A DNA stretch of 64,000 nucleotides from an uncultured virus (IMG/VR IMGVR_UViG_3300023176_005768) (taxonomy: Duplodnaviria; Heunggongvirae; Uroviricota; Caudoviricetes). Of the stretch, positions 17,678-26,390 are shown one piece after another; position 1 is the first letter of the stretch, and every line of letters begins with the position of its first letter. Location: IMG/VR virus record IMGVR_UViG_3300023176_005768; one strand, written 5' to 3'. Position numbers and translations under genes: made by a program. A model generated the notes under the pieces. That model was not told the DNA's origin. It worked only from the letters and a program-made list of their open reading frames with translations, and ran no database searches.

Positions 17678-17905
17678 ATGCCCACCTACATTACATCCCA
17701 TTACCGATCCCTCAACCTCACCGACTCCTACGACCAACACGACCATCTTGTCATAACTACCGTCGATAACTGGCTGCGACTCGTCTCGAATCTCAAATCG
17801 CGACTCACCGAAACCGAACTCGCCGAAATCTTCGACGACGACATGCGCGCCACCGCCGTCCACATCTCCACCGACCCGAACTTCGTCCATCCCGAATCCC
17901 GCTAA
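17678..17905 (+). CDS. Leaderless hypothetical protein
   Basis: ATG 7 nt after TATAAT; C-rich codon usage. Confidence 0.65.
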   Translation: MPTYITSHYRSLNLTDSYDQHDHLVITTVDNWLRLVSNLKSRLTETELAEIFDDDMRATAVHISTDPNFVHPESR

Positions 17906-18039
17906 CTGCCGGCCTACCGGCCTGCCGGCTAACTGCCGGCCGGCCGGCCAGCCAGCCAGCCGACCTGCCGCAAAAACTAAAGAAGTTATAATATAAATAT
18001 CGCCGGCCAGCCGGGCCAGCCAAACACGAAAGGTCATAC

Positions 18040-18261
18040 ATGCCCACCTTCCGAATCTGCCTCAACGACACCGACGCACCGTTCGCCGACGTCTACGCCG
18101 AAATCATCGACGCCTGCCCGTCAGCCGTCATCCAGCGCCTCGACCGCTTCTACCGCGACGAGGTCTTCCACAACGTCACCGTCACGCCCGACCAAGTCGC
18201 CGACCTCGCCGACTACTACGCCACCGATCTCGACGAATTCATCGCCGACTACCAAATCTGA
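18040..18261 (+). CDS. Acidic hypothetical protein
   Basis: Motif plus ACGAAAGG RBS. Confidence 0.7.
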   Translation: MPTFRICLNDTDAPFADVYAEIIDACPSAVIQRLDRFYRDEVFHNVTVTPDQVADLADYYATDLDEFIADYQI

Positions 18262-18377
18262 CCGGCCTCGCGCCGGCCGGCCTCGCGCCGGCCGGCCAGC
18301 CGGCCTACCGACCGACCACGCCGACTGACTTCTAAAGAAGTTATAATAAAACTATCAGCCAACACGGAAGGACACAG

Positions 18378-18539
18378 ATGAGCATCAACTGGAGCGAGAT
18401 CGGCAAGGCGCCTGAGGGCGAGTGCGAGTACTGCGACAACATGCGCGCCGAAGGAACCAGCTTCCATCCCAACCACAACGCTTCGCAGAGGTGCGAGTCT
18501 GGCGGCCGAAACCACTGCACGTGCGATCGGTGCTTCTGA
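18378..18539 (+). CDS. 53-aa Cys/His-rich microprotein
   Basis: Motif plus GAAGGAC RBS; CEYC...HPNH.AS.RCESG.RNHCTCD.CF. Confidence 0.7.
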   Translation: MSINWSEIGKAPEGECEYCDNMRAEGTSFHPNHNASQRCESGGRNHCTCDRCF

Positions 18540-18586
18540 TCTAAAGAAAGTATAATGATCTCATCAGCCAATACGGAAGGACAAAG

Positions 18587-18760
18587 ATGAAGACCACAGA
18601 GTGGATCGAGATCGACGATCGGGAGTGCGAGTACCCCGACTGCGAAAACTTCGAGAAGAAGGTTGACGTCGAAGTCAACTTCGAGATGCACGATGGCAAG
18701 CGCCGAGAAGAGTGGACATGCGGTCTCTGTGATTCAGTGCACTCCGTGGTGGAGATCTGA
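18587..18760 (+). CDS. 57-aa zinc-ribbon microprotein
   Basis: Motif plus RBS; CEYPDC...WTCGLC. Confidence 0.65.
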   Translation: MKTTEWIEIDDRECEYPDCENFEKKVDVEVNFEMHDGKRREEWTCGLCDSVHSVVEI

Positions 18761-18762
18761 CA

Positions 18763-19329
18763 ATGGGAATGGACAGATTCATGCGGCGTCGCATAGAGAA
18801 CGAAGACTGGGCGACTGAGAAAGTTGTTGTCAACGACGTCGTATGGGACGTCATGCGGCCGACTCGGGTCGAGGACGCCGTCGACAACGCCATCGCTGTC
18901 ACCATTGACAGGGCCGGAACAACAGGGGGCCGTGGCTATGTCTGCCGAGCCTCTACGTACGGCGAACAGCTCGTGACGTACAGCAACGACGTTTTCGCCT
19001 ACACGATCCAGAGCGGGGTCAACGAGAGAGTTCTAAGTGAGTGCGTCTACGATCCAAAGGATGCTCTCCGCGAGTTGGGAATGAGCGACATGCAAATGGA
19101 GGCGTGGGCGTCTCGGTTTTGCTTCGATCTTTCTCCTAAGAAAGAAATCATCAAAGACAGAGCCCCACTGCACTACGCATCGTATCACTACGGCTCTCAT
19201 TGGAATCGCCGCAGTGAGCACGACCGTTCGTCGAAGTCGATGGAATGGCCGCAGATGGAAGCGTGGGTTCAAGGCTTTATGAACAAGTACTCTCCCTCGA
19301 CGTACCCCTACGAAGACGAAGACGAATAG
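18763..19329 (+). CDS. Hypothetical protein
   Basis: 188-aa ORF; stop abuts the motif. Confidence 0.65.
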   Translation: MGMDRFMRRRIENEDWATEKVVVNDVVWDVMRPTRVEDAVDNAIAVTIDRAGTTGGRGYVCRASTYGEQLVTYSNDVFAYTIQSGVNERVLSECVYDPKDALRELGMSDMQMEAWASRFCFDLSPKKEIIKDRAPLHYASYHYGSHWNRRSEHDRSSKSMEWPQMEAWVQGFMNKYSPSTYPYEDEDE

Positions 19330-19391
19330 CTTCTAAAGAAGTTATAATAGTTCTTACCAGCAAGCCCGCTGGTCAGACGAAAGGACGGAGC

Positions 19392-19502
19392 ATGGGACGC
19401 GAAGACTACGAGCACTGGAACGAGGACGCGGATTATGTGTGGTGGCAGGAAGAGGGCCGTCACCCGTACGATCCTGAGTGGGACGACCCGTACGACGACT
19501 GA
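19392..19502 (+). CDS. 36-aa acidic aromatic microprotein
   Basis: Motif plus ACGAAAGGAC RBS; MGREDYEHWNEDADYVWWQEEG. Confidence 0.6.
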   Translation: MGREDYEHWNEDADYVWWQEEGRHPYDPEWDDPYDD

Positions 19503-19642
19503 TGATGGAGACAGACGTGACGCGGTGCTTCGCGTGCGAGACAGAGTTTGAGTCAGAGTTTCACGATGTCTCAGGCTACTCGACAACCCCGTGCCCGAAC
19601 TGCGGTTCGATCGCGACTGAAGACGATTCCCCGGACGAATAG
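19502..19642 (+). CDS. 46-aa zinc-ribbon microprotein
   Basis: CFAC...CPNCGS; TGATG coupling with the upstream gene. Confidence 0.6.
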   Translation: MMETDVTRCFACETEFESEFHDVSGYSTTPCPNCGSIATEDDSPDE

Positions 19643-19651
19643 AGGCGAGCA

Positions 19652-19861
19652 ATGACGACAGACACCGACAGCATCTATGTGAAGACGCCCGCGTGCCGAG
19701 TGTGCGGCCGCTCAGACTTTCTTGCGGTCCGCGAGAGCGATCTCGAGCGCTACAACGCCGGCGCACTGGCTCAGGAGGCGTTTCCTGAGATGCCGATCGA
19801 GCGCCGAGAGCAACTCATCTCTGGGACGCATCCGGAGTGCTGGAAGAAGTTGTTCGGATGA
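19652..19861 (+). CDS. Zinc-binding microprotein
   Basis: TPACRVCG...QEAFP....RE.LISGTHPECW..LF. Confidence 0.75.
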   Translation: MTTDTDSIYVKTPACRVCGRSDFLAVRESDLERYNAGALAQEAFPEMPIERREQLISGTHPECWKKLFG

Positions 19862-20005
19862 GCGTAAGGGCCGCCGGCCGGTATCCCAGTCTCAAGATGT
19901 TCATTACTCCAGACTGGAGAGCGGCTCTCCCTCCCGTGGAGACGTAGGGTAGCGTCCGCGGGAGGGTGAACCGGCCATACGATCTAAAGAAGTTACAATA
20001 TACGT

Positions 20006-20248
20006 ATGCAGCAGGACCACCTGATCTACACGACAACGACGCGGTATGCGGTAGTCGATGGCGCTCTCTACCAAGAGCACTCTCGCGGACTCAAGCCGCT
20101 TCTCTTCGAGGTCACTGAAGAGATCATGATGCCCGATGACAGCGTGATCATGCGCGGCGAGAGCTTTCACGTCGCCGGCGCCGAGCGCACTGTCGATCTC
20201 GGTGTCGTAACTCATCGACTCTTTGGAGTTCGCCGGCACGTTTGGTGA
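20006..20248 (+). CDS. Leaderless hypothetical protein
   Basis: ATG 6 nt after TACAAT. Confidence 0.65.
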   Translation: MQQDHLIYTTTTRYAVVDGALYQEHSRGLKPLLFEVTEEIMMPDDSVIMRGESFHVAGAERTVDLGVVTHRLFGVRRHVW

Positions 20249-20275
20249 GATTCTAAAGAAGTTATAATGATCTCA

Positions 20276-20512
20276 TAACAACCCACCGGGTTAGCAACCC
20301 GCTAAATGTTGAAGCCGAAAGGTGGAGTCTAGCGGAGACCCGGTGGGCATAAAGTTTAAGACGTCGCGGAGAAAAGCGACGCGAGGCGAGTACCGTGGGC
20401 AACGCTGTAAAGCTCTAAGGAGAGACAGACGTCGGCGATGCCGAATAATGGCGGTTGATCGTGAGATTGCTAGATCACACGGTCTAGGGCTAGCACCCTA
20501 ACCCACGGGAAA
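20276..20512 (+). ncRNA. Structured non-coding RNA candidate (or structured 5' leader of 20548)
   Basis: Directly after the motif at 20251; no + strand ORF of 60 aa or more; nested stems 20282-20291/20338-20347, 20299-20304/20330-20335, 20362-20367/20376-20381, 20393-20399/20502-20508, 20485-20500. Confidence 0.65.
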
Positions 20513-20547
20513 GACGCACAAGCAGAAACAAAGACAAAGGACAAAAG

Positions 20548-21105
20548 ATGACGACAAAGTACGCAACACGCAAGACGAGCTGGGACGGAGAAGAGGACGC
20601 CTACAACAAGTGGGAGTGGCGACAGGTCGAGTGCGCCGGCGGTCTGATGTACGTAACTGACGACTTTCGCTTCTTCGCGAATGGCTACCTCGGGCAGCGT
20701 TGGGGCGAAGTAGCGCCGAATCAGTCGAAGCTGTACATCACCTTCGGAGACGACTTCGACGTAGTGGAGAATCTCGAGAACCGCACGCGGCGCCCTCACA
20801 CGCTGTATCGTAAGTTCTTGAACGACAAGGTCTTCCCGACTCTCGGCGTCGAGGCTCCGAAGCTCTCCTGGAGCCAGAAATGCGGATGCACGATGTGCCC
20901 GTGCTCTCCAGGCTTCATCATCAACGGCAACTGGGTTTCTGAGGTTCTCGTGCCGGCAGCAACTGGGCTCAAGGCGGCAAACACCAATGCTCGCGTTGAG
21001 GAGGGCTTCTTTCCTCGTCGCGCGGACATTTCCGTGCGGATTCTCAACGCGGACTTCGAGAACTATGACAGCAGCAAGCCTGCTCGAACTGTCGTCGCTC
21101 TCTGA
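20548..21105 (+). CDS. Hypothetical protein, paralog of 12302..12757
   Basis: ENLENRTRRPHT, WSQKCGCTMCPCSPGF; AAAGGAC RBS. Confidence 0.8.
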   Translation: MTTKYATRKTSWDGEEDAYNKWEWRQVECAGGLMYVTDDFRFFANGYLGQRWGEVAPNQSKLYITFGDDFDVVENLENRTRRPHTLYRKFLNDKVFPTLGVEAPKLSWSQKCGCTMCPCSPGFIINGNWVSEVLVPAATGLKAANTNARVEEGFFPRRADISVRILNADFENYDSSKPARTVVAL

Positions 21106-21140
21106 GCAGCAAAACTTCTAAAGAAGTTATAATAGTACGC

Positions 21141-21380
21141 ATGGACACACTGACAAAGACAATGACATGGATCATGGCGCTCCTCTTCTCAGCAATGGGA
21201 GCCTACGGGGTCTGGGCGGTCATCGAAGAGACCAATCGCAGACACGAGGTGGAGCCGATCGGCTTTCACGGAATGGTGTTCGCGGTTGCGCTGATTGTCG
21301 CGATTCTCGCGGTCACGGTGATCGTCGTCTCCGGCGTCATCGACGAGATGCGGAATCTCAGTCACGACGAGTACGAGTGA
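21141..21380 (+). CDS. Leaderless two-TM membrane protein
   Basis: ATG 7 nt after TATAAT; two hydrophobic helices. Confidence 0.7.
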   Translation: MDTLTKTMTWIMALLFSAMGAYGVWAVIEETNRRHEVEPIGFHGMVFAVALIVAILAVTVIVVSGVIDEMRNLSHDEYE

Positions 21381-21389
21381 CCAAACTCT

Positions 21390-21461
21390 ACGAACGAGCC
21401 AATGGATAGGCACTCGGTCTCCAAAACCGAGCAAAACGGGGTTCGACTCCTCGCGTTCGTG
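21390..21461 (+). tRNA. tRNA-Trp(CCA), slightly non-canonical
   Basis: ACGAACG/CGTTCGT acceptor, GCC/GGC D stem, TCGGT-CTCCAAA-ACCGA, CGGGG-TTCGACT-CCTCG; short acceptor-to-D linker. Confidence 0.75.
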
Positions 21462-21490
21462 CTAGAACTAAAGAAGTTATAATAGTCTAC

Positions 21491-21691
21491 ATGGAAGGAC
21501 GCAAGATCACAACAGTCACCGCTTACATCACCAAACCCGGTGAGCAAAAGCCGTACGTCTTCACCGTGGAGATCGCGGCCCCTGGCGACACAATCAAGAG
21601 ACGCTTCAAGAAGATGAACGACGCGATCTCGTGGCTCCAACACTGGGCGACTGCCCGCGGCGTCAAGATCGACCTCAGGCAGGCGAAGTAA
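21491..21691 (+). CDS. Leaderless basic hypothetical protein
   Basis: ATG 7 nt after TATAAT. Confidence 0.7.
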   Translation: MEGRKITTVTAYITKPGEQKPYVFTVEIAAPGDTIKRRFKKMNDAISWLQHWATARGVKIDLRQAK

Positions 21692-21733
21692 TCTAAAGAA
21701 GTTATAATAATCTTCACAGGAGGACACAAGGAC

Positions 21734-21934
21734 ATGGCAAAGAACTGGACCGAAGCTCACATGACGAGCATTCCCAACTGCGACATCTGCGGCACGACGC
21801 CGGCTGTTGTCGATGCGGGAACCCGCATGGGCCCGTGGGCGTACATGTGCACGTCGTGCTGGCATCTCGACGGCAAGAGCCCTGGCAAGCTCGGTGCGGG
21901 CATCGGCCAGAAGCTCGTGAAGGTGGAGAGCTGA
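21734..21934 (+). CDS. Zinc-finger microprotein
   Basis: CDICG...DA.T.MGPWAYMC.SC...LG.G.GQ. Confidence 0.75.
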   Translation: MAKNWTEAHMTSIPNCDICGTTPAVVDAGTRMGPWAYMCTSCWHLDGKSPGKLGAGIGQKLVKVES

Positions 21935-21935
21935 C

Positions 21936-22133
21936 GTGAAGGTTCCGAAAGTCTGCCCGCGGTGCCTCGGCTGGGTACCAAACAACGAGACGCCTGGCGC
22001 GTACCCCGGCGCGCTGTCCCGAGCGGACAACAAGACTGAGATCTGCTCCGAGTGCGGCAGCCACGAAGCTCTACAGGACTTCCTTGAGGGCGGGTGCACT
22101 CCAAAAGAAAGCTGGCCAATCGCCGGCAGGTGA
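21936..22133 (+). CDS. Zinc-finger microprotein
   Basis: CPRC...ALSRADNKTEICSECG..EA. Confidence 0.75.
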   Translation: MKVPKVCPRCLGWVPNNETPGAYPGALSRADNKTEICSECGSHEALQDFLEGGCTPKESWPIAGR

Positions 22134-22166
22134 CAAAGTAACATCTAAAGAAAGTATAATGATCTC

Positions 22167-22442
22167 ATGAACGACGCTAAGACATTCACTTCTCTGAAGA
22201 ATCTCGTTCTGACGAGGGGGTCGCGCGTCGTCGCAGGGTCGATCTACCGAGCCGACAACAAGATCGACGCCGGAAAGCGATTCCTAGACGCGCTGCCGAC
22301 CTGGCGAAAGAGCACAGGCGACGCGGCGACAATGCGGGAGCTCGAGAGGCGTCTTCGAGAGTCGATCGAGGCTCACGAGAACACGTTGATTGCTCTCGAG
22401 CTTTTTGAACTTCGTAGACTCAACTTGGAGGACGCCGGCTGA
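22167..22442 (+). CDS. Leaderless hypothetical protein
   Basis: ATG 6 nt after TATAAT. Confidence 0.65.
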   Translation: MNDAKTFTSLKNLVLTRGSRVVAGSIYRADNKIDAGKRFLDALPTWRKSTGDAATMRELERRLRESIEAHENTLIALELFELRRLNLEDAG

Positions 22443-22717
22443 TGCCAAGAAAAATCACGCTAGTCAGCGCAGATGGAGACTCGCGGATCGTTCTCTACTC
22501 GGTGTTCGGGCGGTTGCTTCTTCTCGTCGTCAAGTCTCCACGCGGAACGCGTCGCATTCTCGGTTTCCGCACGGAAGAGGCACTCCTCGAGAAGATCAAC
22601 GTCTGTCTCAAGGACGCGGCAGAACGAGAGTCTCGAGTGCTGCTGCCAAAAGCGAAAGAGTGGCCGTGGCCGGCGCCAACAGAGAGCGATCTTCCGTATC
22701 GTTGGTTGGAAGACTAA
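22442..22717 (+). CDS. Hypothetical protein
   Basis: TGATG coupling; stop lies inside the next motif. Confidence 0.55.
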   Translation: MPRKITLVSADGDSRIVLYSVFGRLLLLVVKSPRGTRRILGFRTEEALLEKINVCLKDAAERESRVLLPKAKEWPWPAPTESDLPYRWLED

Positions 22718-22762
22718 AGATGATAAAATGACATCAACAACGACGAGAGAACGGAGACACAG

Positions 22763-22990
22763 ATGGCAAGAGACCTGACGTTCATGGTCGCCAACTCAAT
22801 GGAGGCGTACTGCGAGAAAGTCATGGAGATCGGCGTCGAGAAAGTAGCGAAGCACGCCGGCTTGAAAGAAAGAGTCGTTAGAAAGTTCATCAACGACACA
22901 TACGCGTCCAAGAACGCGGACGTTCGCAAGATTCAAGAAGCGGTCAAGGCGATCTTGGCCGAGAGCGAAGACACGGAGAAGAAAGAATGA
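22763..22990 (+). CDS. Small HTH-like DNA-binding protein
   Basis: GVEKVAKHAGLKERVVRKFI pattern; GGAG RBS. Confidence 0.6.
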   Translation: MARDLTFMVANSMEAYCEKVMEIGVEKVAKHAGLKERVVRKFINDTYASKNADVRKIQEAVKAILAESEDTEKKE

Positions 22991-23589
22991 CCCCCACCGA
23001 AGAGATCAAAGCAGACATCATCGCAGAGTTCGAGCGCTCGAGAAGCGTTGCGGCAGTCATCGACACGTTTCGCGGTCGAGTCGGCCCAGCAGTAGTGCGC
23101 GACGTTCTTGAGCCGAGAAAGCACCTCTCGCTTTCGCGGTTCCCTCGGCGCGATGCCGCTACTGAAGACGACTTGCTTCTCGCGTTGTCGAAGGCAAACG
23201 TCGCCGGCGCACAGTCAGTTGCGGCGTACCAAGCGTATCGCGCGGAGCATCCCGAGCTTTCCATGCCGTCAGCGCAAACAATCATCCTCCGCTTCGGCTC
23301 ATGGTCTGCCGCGCGCGATGCCGCCAGGTTGCCGACGCGCCGACGCGCCATTCGGTCGACGTCAAAGAGCTTTTCAGACGATCAAATCTCAGACGCTGTC
23401 CGAGCTTTCGTAGAGTTTGCTCGCGAAGAGAAGATCAAGCCGACGCAGCAAGCGTACGATCGCTTTGCTCGTGACAGCGAGAACAAACTCCCGCTCCTCT
23501 CAACAGTTCGCGCACGTTTCTCCAAGTCATACGCGACTTGGACTCAGATCATAAGGGCTCACGATTCAACGATTGAACGCACTCACTAA
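22987..23589 (+). CDS. Protein with two homing-endonuclease-associated-repeat-like units
   Basis: Y..Y....PSAQTI..RFGSW.AA and a second unit PT..AY..F...P...TV..RF...W. Confidence 0.65.
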   Translation: MTPTEEIKADIIAEFERSRSVAAVIDTFRGRVGPAVVRDVLEPRKHLSLSRFPRRDAATEDDLLLALSKANVAGAQSVAAYQAYRAEHPELSMPSAQTIILRFGSWSAARDAARLPTRRRAIRSTSKSFSDDQISDAVRAFVEFAREEKIKPTQQAYDRFARDSENKLPLLSTVRARFSKSYATWTQIIRAHDSTIERTH

Positions 23590-23637
23590 TCGATGGCGGA
23601 AGGCAAATGTGGATACTTACGAAAGGAGGTGTAAACC

Positions 23638-23949
23638 TTGGAACGTACAGATGTAACTAGCATCAACCGCCATCGCTGGTCGGGTGTCAGATACGAGGGT
23701 CGGATCAAAGCCGACCTTTATCTCGACTTCGATCACGTCGACTACAGCGCGTCAGTTTCTGTTTGGACTGATAACGGCTGGCAGCGCATCGGTAGCTTCA
23801 CTCCCAATCGGGAGGGTGCCCGGTGGAAGTCTGCCGCTTACAATCCGTCAAACATCGCCGACGCGGACGAAGAAGAGCTTCGTCAGGCGCTCGAGTTCGA
23901 TCTGGACTACCTGATCGAGTTCGGTCGCGAGTTCCTCGCCGGCCTGTGA
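23638..23949 (+). CDS. Hypothetical protein
   Basis: Strong GAAAGGAGGT RBS before TTG. Confidence 0.7.
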   Translation: MERTDVTSINRHRWSGVRYEGRIKADLYLDFDHVDYSASVSVWTDNGWQRIGSFTPNREGARWKSAAYNPSNIADADEEELRQALEFDLDYLIEFGREFLAGL

Positions 23950-23961
23950 GCCGGTGAGAAG

Positions 23962-24018
23962 TGACACTCTTCGTCGGGACCACAGAAAGTGGAGAGTGGT
24001 ACCCGGCGGAGGGTGTCA
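23962..24018 (+). other. Long intergenic hairpin with G-U pairs
   Basis: TGACACTCTTCGTCGGG...CCCGGCGGAGGGTGTCA plus inner CCAC/GTGG. Confidence 0.6.
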
Positions 24019-24200
24019 ACCAAACAACGCGGTAGCAATGTGATAGCGTATTCATAGCAAGGAGGTCGCTATGCAACGTGTTTGTATGAGCTGCGGCGCG
24101 CAGTATGATGACAGTCTTGAAGATCACATTGTTCTTGAGAGACCTCGAGCGGTCTCGTGTGTGAGAGTCGATAAGAAATCTTCTGAACTGGAGAACGAAA

Positions 24201-24380
24201 ATGCAAACACTTGAGCAAGCCGAAAGTGACTTTGAAACCGAAGTGCTCGAGATGCTCGAGACAATCGACAGTTCTATCTCGCAGACTCACGAAAAAACAA
24301 TGGTGCCAGCGTCCATCGTGTGCGACATGCTTCTTGACATCAGATCTGCGGCAATGCGATTCATCGAGAGATTGAACTAA
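24201..24380 (+). CDS. 59-aa acidic microprotein
   Basis: GGAG RBS; stop TAA lies within a motif variant. Confidence 0.55.
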   Translation: MQTLEQAESDFETEVLEMLETIDSSISQTHEKTMVPASIVCDMLLDIRSAAMRFIERLN

Positions 24381-24398
24381 AGAAGATATATTGACAAT

Positions 24399-24620
24399 AT
24401 GGAAATGACGTTCGACGAGTTTGTTCTTCACGCGGTAAAGGCGCATCACGCGTGCCGCGGCGAACTTCGCTATGGCCAAGTCGTGTTCAACGAACTTCAC
24501 ACAATTCGACCCGACATCGCGGAGACACTGCGCGACACTGCCAACGACCCGTTCTACAAAAGAGTCGTCAGCGACGAGACATGGCGCGTCATTCACAACA
24601 ACTGGGGCGACACGGAATGA
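24399..24620 (+). CDS. Leaderless hypothetical phage protein
   Basis: ATG 6 nt after TATATT; R.GQ..FN.L...RP.IA..LR.T..DPFY. Confidence 0.75.
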   Translation: MEMTFDEFVLHAVKAHHACRGELRYGQVVFNELHTIRPDIAETLRDTANDPFYKRVVSDETWRVIHNNWGDTE

Positions 24621-25150
24621 TCAGCATCGACACGATTCACTTCAACGTCGACAAAGAAAAATCGCTCATCTTTTCGATAGCGAGCGTCGACAAGCGTGTT
24701 GAGTGCGCGCTACTCGAGAAAGACTCTCTCGTGCCGGCTGACGAGTGGGCAGAAGAGTTCTCGACCGGAGACGATGTTGTGCCGGTCGACGATTTGATCG
24801 ATCTAGTCATCTTGGCAAGAAAAGCCCTCGATTGGGCAGAAGACGACATCCCATGATATAGTGCCTCACATTCGGAGGCCGAAGCAACCCTGACGAACAG
24901 ACTGGAGAAAAGATGCGTTTTGACATCGAGTTTTACAACACTGCCGTGGGAATCACCTGGGGCCTAGTAGTTTTTCTACTCGGAGGAATGTTTATTACGC
25001 GCAAGCGCGGTAGGTAGATTCACGCTTCGCCAGCGATGCGGCCGGCCTAGTGCCCTTGCGACTCGCAATTGGAAAAACTAATGAAAGATAGCCTCGAGCG
25101 GGTGGTCTCAAGCAGACTGCCCGCTCGAGACATCTCTCCGCTGTGAAGGA

Positions 25151-25669
25151 ATGACGATGCACATTTACGGATGTGAACCCGACTCGCCGGCTGGCGAGAA
25201 GTTCTACAGAAACGTCTGGGCGTGGCACTCTCTTTGGACGTACTGCGAAGATCGTCACGAGGACTTGGCGCATCGCGTTCATCGTCCGTACGCCTCGGAT
25301 GGCGATGGGCTTGACGAAAACGAGGCAACAGATCTCGGTTGGCGACTGTTCTTCGATCTTGTTCACGGAATCGCTGAAGAATACGTCGACTCGAGAAACG
25401 CGATCGTGTACGCGCTACCAAACAACGAATGTCACATTTGCGGCGGCTCTGGTGTTCGCTCAGACCAGGTCGGAGAAGATCTGTCGATGCCGTGGCGCGC
25501 TCTTGACGTCGATCAGGCAATCAAACTCGGCAGAGCCCGCGGCTGGTGTAACTACTGCCGCGGAGAGGGTAGAGTTCTCGAGTTCGAACGCAGCCACCGG
25601 CTAAGCACTGTCGACATCGCGGAGTTCGCAGACTTCTTAGTTCATTCCGGCGGGTTTGAAATCTACTAA
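25151..25669 (+). CDS. Hypothetical protein, paralog of 14342..14863
   Basis: Shared motifs throughout its length; AAGGA RBS. Confidence 0.8.
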   Translation: MTMHIYGCEPDSPAGEKFYRNVWAWHSLWTYCEDRHEDLAHRVHRPYASDGDGLDENEATDLGWRLFFDLVHGIAEEYVDSRNAIVYALPNNECHICGGSGVRSDQVGEDLSMPWRALDVDQAIKLGRARGWCNYCRGEGRVLEFERSHRLSTVDIAEFADFLVHSGGFEIY

Positions 25670-25691
25670 CTAAAGAAGATACAATGTAGGC

Positions 25692-25892
25692 ATGGGCAAG
25701 TACAGCGAAGTTATTGACAACATCGTTGAGAGAACCGGATGGCCGCGGTCGTTCGCAAGCGAATACGCCGTGGCGCGGCTGTATCATCACGAAAGCCATC
25801 TCCGGGCGATGAAATCCGCGATGAAGTCGTCGTACGTCACCTCCGCGGAAAAAGAGCAGGTCAAGCGGCTCAGCGCAGAAGAACGTGCTTGA
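25692..25892 (+). CDS. Leaderless hypothetical protein
   Basis: ATG 6 nt after TACAAT. Confidence 0.65.
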   Translation: MGKYSEVIDNIVERTGWPRSFASEYAVARLYHHESHLRAMKSAMKSSYVTSAEKEQVKRLSAEERA

Positions 25893-25915
25893 TCTAAAGA
25901 AAGTAAGATGACCTC

Positions 25916-26257
25916 ATGACAACGACAGCGACCCCGACCATCGAGATTGACGTGACGATTATGTCGCCTCTCGTCAATGCCGAGTGCTCGAGCGACAACA
26001 AGTGGTGGCTCGAAATACAAATGACAGGCAACAACTCGCCGCGCGTGCTGCGAAAAGTCCGAATCAACTTCCGTCAGCCGTGTAGCTCATTTGACGAAGC
26101 ACTCGAGGAGTTCAAAGACTGGGCAAAGCACCGCGGGCTGGGATCGTTTGAGCCCGCGATCGAGTACTTCGAGGCGCTGGACAGGGCGATCATCAACGAA
26201 GCGCGCGACAAAATTTACGGAAAGATCGTGACGCTTCCTCTGCCGTCTTGGGCCTGA
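25916..26257 (+). CDS. Leaderless hypothetical protein
   Basis: ATG 6 nt after TAAGAT in a motif variant. Confidence 0.65.
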   Translation: MTTTATPTIEIDVTIMSPLVNAECSSDNKWWLEIQMTGNNSPRVLRKVRINFRQPCSSFDEALEEFKDWAKHRGLGSFEPAIEYFEALDRAIINEARDKIYGKIVTLPLPSWA

Positions 26258-26390
26258 TGTCTTTCTAAAGACATTATAATATCTTCATGAACAAAAACGC
26301 CGATGATGTTGGCTGGTGGTTTGCGCTTAGTTGCTTGGCAGCGGGGGTGGCCACTCTACTGACGAGCATCTTCATTCTTCACTGACGCGA

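Larger units (their letters stand above)
17287..18325 (+). repeat. Low-complexity GCCG/CCGG/GCCA intergenic tracts
   Basis: Tracts at 17287-17341, 17906-17970 and 18262-18325, e.g. GGCCTCGCGCCGGCC x2 and GCTAACTGCCGGCC x2. Confidence 0.65.
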
